A stretch of 31,608 bases of DNA, from IMG/VR virus record IMGVR_UViG_3300031949_000001, positions 347,305-378,912 of that record; one strand, written 5' to 3'. Position numbers and translations under genes: made by a program. A model generated the notes under the pieces. The model was not told the origin of the DNA. It was given only the letters and a program-made list of their open reading frames with translations, and did no database searches. This document shows positions 25,385 through 31,608 of this stretch, piece by piece. Numbering within the stretch: the first letter of the stretch is position 1; each line of letters begins with the position of its first letter. Source of the DNA: a virus. Taxonomy: Duplodnaviria > Heunggongvirae > Uroviricota > Caudoviricetes.

Positions 25385-25606
25385 ATGACCGCAATTCTGA
25401 AAAAAGTCCTCGAAACACGAGTCCTTGAAGATACTTCCCCCGAAGCTCTTAATTTAAAGCTTCGACATTTACAGGAGAACAACCTGAGCGCGCACGTGGC
25501 TCTTTGGGAACCTCATGGTGATATCGTAGTTTTTCAGACTCCCAGCTACACTACCCATTATATCCTGGTTGTCAACCGTTATAGTGTGTCAGTCTACGGA
25601 GATTAG
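25385..25606 (+). CDS. hypothetical protein
   Basis: AGGAG SD. Confidence 0.75.
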   Translation: MTAILKKVLETRVLEDTSPEALNLKLRHLQENNLSAHVALWEPHGDIVVFQTPSYTTHYILVVNRYSVSVYGD

Positions 25607-25608
25607 TC

Positions 25609-26067
25609 ATGAAAATTGCTCTTCTTACTGGTGTTGTCCTTACAGCCGTTGCATTCAATTCACTCGCAAATGAATTTGTTGTCGAGGGTGGTACAGGTAT
25701 TGACACATCCAGCCCCGCTACTCGCTTAAGCATTCGAATTCCCACCAAATGGGAATGGCTCACTGTCGAGACTGGCGCTCTTATGACCAATGGGGGTGGT
25801 ATCATGGATGTGACACCTATGGCTCGTCTTATCTCCATCAGCAAGAACGCTTCGATTGAAGCTGGTATCGGTCTTGGTGGAAACTTCATCAATAACTCCG
25901 GTCAATCTCAAGGATTAATTTTCCGTGATGTTATTCGCTTCAACTACAAACAATACTTTGTCGAAGGTGCCCATTACAGTAATGGTGGTAAATTCAATCC
26001 TGTATTCGGTACAAGCGACAATGGCGGCTACTCGTATCTGATGGGTGGCGTAAGGTTCAAATTCTAA
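25609..26067 (+). CDS. pagL: PagL-like lipid A 3-O-deacylase (outer-membrane beta-barrel)
   Basis: Signal peptide, amphipathic strands, FxD...HYSNGG...NxG motif and C-terminal Phe. Confidence 0.7.
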   Translation: MKIALLTGVVLTAVAFNSLANEFVVEGGTGIDTSSPATRLSIRIPTKWEWLTVETGALMTNGGGIMDVTPMARLISISKNASIEAGIGLGGNFINNSGQSQGLIFRDVIRFNYKQYFVEGAHYSNGGKFNPVFGTSDNGGYSYLMGGVRFKF

Positions 26068-26096
26068 CAGACTGAGATTACTAGTAAGGAATAAAA

Positions 26097-26366
26097 ATGA
26101 TTAAATATATTAGAATCTTACTATTCGATCTCTATATCTTTCTCGGTTGGAGTTTTTGGATTGTCGCAATCGGTTTGTCGATCTATTTTGAATCAAAATT
26201 CACCATTTACGCGTTGACAGGAACGTTTGTTGTGCTTATGTTAAATGTCGTTGATGGCGTTTGGCAGAGTGGTGATTACACTCGCTTTTGGTCGATTGAT
26301 TCTAAAGCTCCTCGAAAGCAAAGGATGAAGGAAATACGGCAAATCTTCATCAAAGGACTTGACTAA
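26097..26366 (+). CDS. inner-membrane protein (2 TM)
   Basis: TAAGGA SD; two hydrophobic segments. Confidence 0.75.
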   Translation: MIKYIRILLFDLYIFLGWSFWIVAIGLSIYFESKFTIYALTGTFVVLMLNVVDGVWQSGDYTRFWSIDSKAPRKQRMKEIRQIFIKGLD

Positions 26367-26544
26367 TTATCGTTTGTTCGCTCGGTTCCAGGTCTTCCCA
26401 AGAAACTCCGTAATACGTTAAACCCAATTCCTTAGCAGCATCGATTCCTTTGTTGGCAATCTCTTCCAAGGAAGGTTGAATCTCACCAGCCGGTAACAGA
26501 AGGCGGATGAAATACATAGTCGCTTTTTTATTCGGTGGAATCAT
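26350..26544 (-). CDS. hypothetical protein
   Basis: ATGA overlap. Confidence 0.65.
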   Translation of the reverse strand: MIPPNKKATMYFIRLLLPAGEIQPSLEEIANKGIDAAKELGLTYYGVSWEDLEPSEQTIISQVL

Positions 26545-26870
26545 TTCAGTGTAAACCTCTCATTTTGAAGTTTATTCCAATGTTCTCGCCATACTCGACG
26601 CAATTCTTCGACTAATTCTTTCGGCGGTACAGGCGTCCATCTAAAATTTGGATCATCCATCTTACCTGATCCATGACAACGCCAGCAAAGTCTTGTTTCG
26701 TCATAATCATCAACCCCACCATGAAAGCCAGGACGATGCCCACTACTTGGTTCGGTGCAAGGTACTTGAGGAACATTCGGACCATGAGACGGACGCAATT
26801 CTAACGTCCATTCAAATCGATGTCCTTCATGGATATCATTAATTATGTATCTTTTTACTTCTTCACTCAT
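26541..26870 (-). CDS. hypothetical protein with DnaJ-type Zn-finger half repeat
   Basis: CWRCHGSG motif. Confidence 0.7.
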   Translation of the reverse strand: MSEEVKRYIINDIHEGHRFEWTLELRPSHGPNVPQVPCTEPSSGHRPGFHGGVDDYDETRLCWRCHGSGKMDDPNFRWTPVPPKELVEELRRVWREHWNKLQNERFTLK

Positions 26871-27076
26871 GACAGTTTATACCTTGAGTGTTCACGTAAC
26901 CAGGATTTGACATCCTCGATTGCTTCTTGTTCGGTTAAAAACCAACCCGTCATATGTAACGTTTCGGGCTCCTCTTCCACGGGCTTATCTTCAACGATTT
27001 CAGCAACCCATTGCCGACCATCATCGTCGCCTTCGTGGCTTCTGTCTTTCCAGGTATGGATGCAAACTTTACTCAT
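26867..27076 (-). CDS. hypothetical protein
   Basis: ATG lies 6 nt after a -10 box. Confidence 0.7.
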   Translation of the reverse strand: MSKVCIHTWKDRSHEGDDDGRQWVAEIVEDKPVEEEPETLHMTGWFLTEQEAIEDVKSWLREHSRYKLS

Positions 27077-27082
27077 GAACGC

Positions 27083-27143
27083 AGTATATCGGACTTTGTT
27101 TGAAAATACAAGCCTTGACACCAACTTTGTTTACTGCTAGAAT
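27083..27143. promoter_or_regulatory. back-to-back sigma70 promoters
   Basis: Minus strand TTGTAT-17-TATACT; plus strand TTGACA-17-TAGAAT. Confidence 0.8.
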
Positions 27144-27169
27144 GCGTACATATTCACATGGAGAACGTC

Positions 27170-27385
27170 ATGACAAAAGCTAGATTCGTTGTTAAAGACC
27201 TCACTGGTGATTTCACCTATGGTCAATCATTTGATGTTGCGGGTGCGGCGCTCGAAGAAGAGATTGCGCTGGTTAAAGACTTCGGAAAATACGACAAGTT
27301 CTCCTTTATTGATGAAAATGGACACACCGTTGGGTTCAACCCGACGGCTTGTATCTACGCAAAACTCGAAATCGACCAAGAATGA
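27170..27385 (+). CDS. hypothetical protein
   Basis: GGAG SD before ATG 27170. Confidence 0.75.
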   Translation: MTKARFVVKDLTGDFTYGQSFDVAGAALEEEIALVKDFGKYDKFSFIDENGHTVGFNPTACIYAKLEIDQE

Positions 27386-27455
27386 AAACCAAACTCCAAA
27401 TCCTTTGTTACCGTGTAACAGCAAAGCGTATCCAATATAACTATTAAGGAATCTT

Positions 27456-27995
27456 ATGTCTTTGTATCACACTTATAAAATCGGTGCTAAATTCCTAGTC
27501 ATAGACAGTCTGTCTATTTTCCGTGTCTGTAAGCCCGAAGATGCCCTTGTCAATGAAATTACAATTGTCGAAGAACGAATTGTCAAGGGCGACTATTCCG
27601 GAGATGAATTCTACGGATATCGCGCCGTCGATGCCGCTGGTGTTGTGTACTGGTGCCAATGGGAACACTTTGACGAACTCGCAACACAGCCTTATCAGAA
27701 TTGGTTTCGTTTAGAAAATGGAGAGTTTACTGAATTGTGTTGGGAACTGACACACGTCCATCATTATCTTGGGTCAGCCTCTCGCAACATTTGGTCTGAA
27801 ACCATTGGTCATATTCCTTTTTTGGAATCCATTCTTGCCGACTTGAACAAACGTTTCCCGACAACTAAGATCAAATGGTGTCGTGAAATACAAAAATTAG
27901 TCAACGGAAAGCCAAACACCGATAAAAGCGTGGTTCATAATGTTTGGTATTATGAAGTGGACGACAAATGCTTTTATTGCGCAAATGGTCTATAA
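27456..27995 (+). CDS. hypothetical protein
   Basis: 179 aa; TAAGGGA SD. Confidence 0.8.
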   Translation: MSLYHTYKIGAKFLVIDSLSIFRVCKPEDALVNEITIVEERIVKGDYSGDEFYGYRAVDAAGVVYWCQWEHFDELATQPYQNWFRLENGEFTELCWELTHVHHYLGSASRNIWSETIGHIPFLESILADLNKRFPTTKIKWCREIQKLVNGKPNTDKSVVHNVWYYEVDDKCFYCANGL

Positions 27996-28004
27996 AGGAA
28001 TTAA

Positions 28005-28406
28005 GTGAATAATTATGCCGGTCGAGACGACATTGATGAAGAATTAACAATCGAGCTAACGACTGCCGGTATCCCGACTGTTTTGCTGCATGAGATACTA
28101 CGTAAATCACGAGGCGAAGTCAAATCTATTGTTGTTGGTGATCTTTATGGTTGGGAATTTACTCGTGCTTGGTACTATTGGGTTGCTACTGGTCCTGGTA
28201 TCCCTCCCGTTGAAGCAGAAGCCTTACACGCGACCCACGGTCAACAGGTTCGTGTTGGATGCCCATCGCCTCTGGAGTGGTATAAAGGCTTTGCTGTGCC
28301 TATGTACCATGTTGACACCCAGGAAGGTTTAAATGCTCTTGCAGCCGTCATTCGAACCATCGGAGAGAACGCAAAGAAAATTACCGCTCAGGCATCTAAG
28401 GATTGA
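28005..28406 (+). CDS. hypothetical phage protein
   Basis: AAGGA SD; W.F.RAWYYW...YHVDT.EGL pattern. Confidence 0.8.
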   Translation: MNNYAGRDDIDEELTIELTTAGIPTVLLHEILRKSRGEVKSIVVGDLYGWEFTRAWYYWVATGPGIPPVEAEALHATHGQQVRVGCPSPLEWYKGFAVPMYHVDTQEGLNALAAVIRTIGENAKKITAQASKD

Positions 28407-28440
28407 CATCCTAACTTAGTTCAGGCACAATAGCAACATC
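28403..28440 (+). repeat. 38-bp promoter repeat, copy 1
   Basis: TTGACATCCTAACTTAGTTCAGGCACAATAGCAACATC. Confidence 0.9.
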
Positions 28441-28456
28441 AACTAGGAGAAGCCCC

Positions 28457-28690
28457 ATGAAGGTCGTCGTTACTATTGAAGGTGGAGTTGTAACCCATAT
28501 CCTGACGGATACCCCAGGTATTCAAGTTGCTGTTGTGGATTACGACACCGAAGGCACCGAGAAGACCGACCCGAATTTGAAAACTATTGTTTGGACAAAC
28601 GGTGGAAAGACCGAGGCTTTCGCTCGCGTCGAAGATGCCGATCTTGATATGGATACTGTTGATGATATCTGGAAGGTCGCCGAACTGTAA
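28457..28690 (+). CDS. hypothetical protein
   Basis: AGGAG SD; V.IEGGVV...VVDYD pattern. Confidence 0.8.
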   Translation: MKVVVTIEGGVVTHILTDTPGIQVAVVDYDTEGTEKTDPNLKTIVWTNGGKTEAFARVEDADLDMDTVDDIWKVAEL

Positions 28691-28775
28691 TGTCAGCCAC
28701 GAAAGCCCATTGGATTATCCAGCACTCGCGCAAATTCATTATGGAATTATGCGCCTAACAGAAACTGGTGTTAAT

Positions 28776-29093
28776 ATGAAAACTAAACTCGGAAAGCTTA
28801 CTGTCGCACACCTTCGATTGGTTAAGGCGTGCCGTCCCCAAATTGAACTCTTTAAAACGGCATTCCCTAATGGATTTACACCAAGTTACGAGAACTTCAT
28901 GCGCGCTGCCGATGTAGGGCTCGATGTTGCTTGGGCACTCAACGAGTTTATATCAATCCGAATCAAAAATGAAATATTCAATCGAGCGTACCGCCGTCGT
29001 TGGGGTACCCCGTACACAAACAAGACCGAAAGCTATTCACATACTGTTGCTCTTTGTTGGTGGGAAGCCATCAAAAGGGAAATAGGCGAATAA
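28776..29093 (+). CDS. hypothetical protein
   Basis: L...AC..Q...F...FP.G pattern; GGTG SD. Confidence 0.7.
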   Translation: MKTKLGKLTVAHLRLVKACRPQIELFKTAFPNGFTPSYENFMRAADVGLDVAWALNEFISIRIKNEIFNRAYRRRWGTPYTNKTESYSHTVALCWWEAIKREIGE

Positions 29094-29491
29094 TGGACAT
29101 TTCCCATCTACCTAAAACTCGTTTTCCGGTCGCCCCGCCTTGGATTCTAATCCGAGACGGTCTGAACCTGCCTGCCATCGATCAGCCCATCCAGTTTATT
29201 CATGATATTCGTGGCACCCATGAAGAATCATTCCTTAGGTCCGTTGGTGACAAGTCGGCTGAATACAAGCCTGAAGTCCGAATTGGCTATGTTAATGAAA
29301 TTGGCTACAGTCCAGAGTTTAAGGAATTTTGGATAACAGTCAGAGCCAATCGCATGTGGGTGCAAAGTCTTAATGGTAATGCTGAACATGTTCATTATTG
29401 GGCGCCGCTTGCTGCGCTACCGGAAGACAATTATGTCGAGTCTGCGTATAGCTTTTATGAAATCTTTCGCATGGTGCAAGCTGATGAATAA
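29093..29491 (+). CDS. hypothetical protein
   Basis: TAATG coupling. Confidence 0.75.
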   Translation: MDISHLPKTRFPVAPPWILIRDGLNLPAIDQPIQFIHDIRGTHEESFLRSVGDKSAEYKPEVRIGYVNEIGYSPEFKEFWITVRANRMWVQSLNGNAEHVHYWAPLAALPEDNYVESAYSFYEIFRMVQADE

Positions 29492-29663
29492 TCCTTTTCC
29501 TATTTACATGACTCCTTGTGAGCGTTATGTCCTTCGCAACGCTCCCATTAATGAGCATCCAACTTTGCCTTGTCCTAAAACTTTCAACCATCAACATCAA
29601 TTCGCTGGTGACAGTGGTAAGTGCTGGCTTTGTAATTATGATAAATGGAATCCAACCTGTTGA
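29484..29663 (+). CDS. small Cys/His protein
   Basis: CP....HQF.....CWLC pattern. Confidence 0.6.
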   Translation: MNNPFPIYMTPCERYVLRNAPINEHPTLPCPKTFNHQHQFAGDSGKCWLCNYDKWNPTC

Positions 29664-29697
29664 CATTCTAACTTAGTTCAGGCACAATAGCAATATC
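29660..29697 (+). repeat. 38-bp promoter repeat, copy 2
   Basis: Two mismatches to copy 1. Confidence 0.9.
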
Positions 29698-29717
29698 AAC
29701 CTCATTAGGAAAACATC

Positions 29718-29963
29718 ATGAGCAAACACAAACCTCACCAGATCACAACCGAGCAAATTGAAGCGATGCTTCGGCAGCCGACTCGCCTTCTTCTTGCTTC
29801 CTGCGTTGGATTCAAGTCCGACAAACATTTCTATGTTGTCTTCGACGCAAACCAACCGAATCCAGCCACGTTTGAAGTCGAAACCGTCTTGAATGACACC
29901 AAAATGAAATGGTATTCCAACGAACTTGAAAACATGGTCAAACGTTATAACGAGTTGCCATAA
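29718..29963 (+). CDS. hypothetical protein
   Basis: AGGA SD after the promoter. Confidence 0.75.
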   Translation: MSKHKPHQITTEQIEAMLRQPTRLLLASCVGFKSDKHFYVVFDANQPNPATFEVETVLNDTKMKWYSNELENMVKRYNELP

Positions 29964-30268
29964 TGGACAGCATATTTGTCTCGCATGGTCTACATATTGG
30001 ACGGATGATTTCCGCATCCAAGAAAGCACCTGAAGGACACTTTTGTGTCTGGAATGCAAACGTTATCACTAAGACTCATGGAAAAGTTTGGTTTGGTGAT
30101 CTTAATATAACAAAGGATGCGCCAGTTCTTGAAAAGATAGCTCTTGCTATCGGAGAGCCGATTTACATCCTCCGTGAGAGTGATTGCCGGTTTAACACCG
30201 CTAATGACTCTATTGAAATATTGATTAAAAAAGCCATCTGGCGCACTCAAGGAAACAACAATGCATAA
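29963..30268 (+). CDS. hypothetical protein
   Basis: TAATG coupling; GRMIS.SK...NAN...W.GDL pattern. Confidence 0.75.
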   Translation: MDSIFVSHGLHIGRMISASKKAPEGHFCVWNANVITKTHGKVWFGDLNITKDAPVLEKIALAIGEPIYILRESDCRFNTANDSIEILIKKAIWRTQGNNNA

Positions 30269-30644
30269 AACAGAACTTAGATCATACATCAACTGCATGC
30301 GCAAGGGTTTGCGCATTTGTCCGACCAGCATCAAGCTTCATATGTTCCATAGTCGGGATATTTTTGGTAATCTCCTGTCCTGCTGCCCTCGGGCACATGC
30401 TGTGCTTGGTTTTTTCGGTAAAGATATTAGACCCGATGGTAATGTATTTGAACGAGTTGAACCTACCTTCCTGCATACGCAGAAGGTTTTACGTTTCGGA
30501 TACAATGTGTCCGCAGATGGAAATGATCCTCTTTTCAGCCATCAAGAATTTACACTCGCTGAAGCCATCAATGAACTGAGTGGACGTTACAAGTGGATGA
30601 CCGAACAGGTTATTGAATGGTTGGAATCTCACTTGAACGATTGA
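30261..30644 (+). CDS. hypothetical protein, paralog of 19459-19797
   Basis: Shared motifs; AAGGA SD. Confidence 0.8.
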   Translation: MHKTELRSYINCMRKGLRICPTSIKLHMFHSRDIFGNLLSCCPRAHAVLGFFGKDIRPDGNVFERVEPTFLHTQKVLRFGYNVSADGNDPLFSHQEFTLAEAINELSGRYKWMTEQVIEWLESHLND

Positions 30645-30678
30645 CATCCTAACTTAGTTCAGGCACAATAGCAACATC
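30641..30678 (+). repeat. 38-bp promoter repeat, copy 3
   Basis: Identical to copy 1. Confidence 0.9.
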
Positions 30679-30707
30679 GAATTAAACATCATCCTTATGG
30701 ATTCTAA

Positions 30708-31055
30708 ATGAACAATCGCATCTACATGGTCAAAGTTCGCTTCATCGAAGACGAAAAGTCTGGCGGCACAGAAGACGTTCTTGACTTTGATTTCGCTTTC
30801 CAGCTACATCCAACCAAAGAGGATGTCCTTGCTGCCATTGAAAAGAAGATGGAAGACACGGAACATGAACGTGGCAAAGACAGTGGCACCGGATACATGG
30901 ATATGCTCTTACTCATGGCTTGGGATGTTGTTAACGATCATGTCGGTACTTGGTTTCTCGTTGGTGTTTGTGGTGGTCGTCCTTCGACATACCATAGAGG
31001 ATACATCCAGCTTGAAGATCAAGTAGTTTTCGACAACAATGTTGCTATAGGATAA
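30708..31055 (+). CDS. hypothetical protein
   Basis: 115-aa ORF after the promoter. Confidence 0.75.
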   Translation: MNNRIYMVKVRFIEDEKSGGTEDVLDFDFAFQLHPTKEDVLAAIEKKMEDTEHERGKDSGTGYMDMLLLMAWDVVNDHVGTWFLVGVCGGRPSTYHRGYIQLEDQVVFDNNVAIG

Positions 31056-31064
31056 CGGGCAATC

Positions 31065-31295
31065 ATGATTGAAACCTCTTGCACTCTGATGTTCAGTTGT
31101 GACCATACTGAGCACCAATATGCCGAACATGGTCTACCTCAACCGTATTACGGACCAAACTCTGCTGTCTGTATGGATCAAGCGTTGTGGGCTGGTTGGC
31201 GTGATTGGACTGGTAACAGCTTGCGCCTCAGTGCATCCCACAGCGAAACCTATTGCCCTGTCCATCGTCCGAAAACTAACACAGAAACCCTTTAA
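31065..31295 (+). CDS. small Zn-binding-like protein
   Basis: SCD...C...A...GW...YCP.H pattern. Confidence 0.7.
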   Translation: MIETSCTLMFSCDHTEHQYAEHGLPQPYYGPNSAVCMDQALWAGWRDWTGNSLRLSASHSETYCPVHRPKTNTETL

Positions 31296-31297
31296 TC

Positions 31298-31423
31298 ATG
31301 AAATACCTTTGGATAATCCTCATCCTCGCAGGGTGCGCCTCGACTGGAGATGAATATTGTTTTCCAGGACGGGAAATTGATCCCAGCAAAGAAGGATTGG
31401 TTTGTCGGAATATTCCAACTTGA
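31298..31423 (+). CDS. small lipoprotein (41 aa)
   Basis: MKYLWIILILAGC lipobox. Confidence 0.7.
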   Translation: MKYLWIILILAGCASTGDEYCFPGREIDPSKEGLVCRNIPT

Positions 31424-31428
31424 TGCCA

Positions 31429-31464
31429 TTGACATCCTAACTTAGTTCTGGCATAATAGCAACA
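31429..31464 (+). repeat. promoter repeat, copy 4
   Basis: TTGACATCCTAACTTAGTTCTGGCATAATAGCAACA. Confidence 0.9.
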
Positions 31465-31486
31465 ACCTAATTAAAGGAATACCCAC

Positions 31487-31608
31487 ATGAAGATCAACAC
31501 CAAACGCCTTGCGTTGCTTGCGTATTACCTCCCCTCTGTGCCACCCGAAGAATTCAACATCGTTTCGTGGCGTAAATGCGCAATCGGATGGGCAACGAAG
31601 GTTCCAGA
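31487..31608 (+). CDS. hypothetical protein (5' partial)
   Basis: AAGGA SD; open to the end of the window. Confidence 0.7.
   Translation, partial: MKINTKRLALLAYYLPSVPPEEFNIVSWRKCAIGWATKVP

Noticed and set aside
31421-31432. Stop/-35 overlap at repeat copy 4
   Set aside because: The lipoprotein gene stops at 31423, before the -35 box.
28403-31464. CRISPR array
   Set aside because: Repeats are about 1 kb apart, separated by genes, and are promoters.

Overview
This window looks like an accessory/early-gene region of a large lytic dsDNA phage (T4-like or jumbo myophage style) of a Gram-negative host. It holds about 75 mostly small ORFs in short blocks on both strands, driven by more than 20 near-consensus sigma70 promoters and a few T4-type late TATAAATA boxes. 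Recognisable proteins are an SF2 DEAH helicase, a DUF723-repeat homing-type endonuclease, an HNH nuclease, a PRTase, a zinc deaminase, a DUF932-like protein, a HAD-like protein, an RMF-like protein and a PagL-like outer-membrane lipid A deacylase. The most unusual signal is non-coding. Four dispersed tRNA-like RNAs (13479-13663, 15871-16022, 21676-21844, 21919-22018) keep acceptor/T-arm geometry, two with an encoded CCA, but lack a normal anticodon loop and carry large structured insertions. A palindromic AAC-N3-GTT box sits in the spacer of 15 or more promoters, and a 38-bp promoter repeat delimits gene cassettes at the right end. All calls come from manual reading of the sequence; no searches were run.
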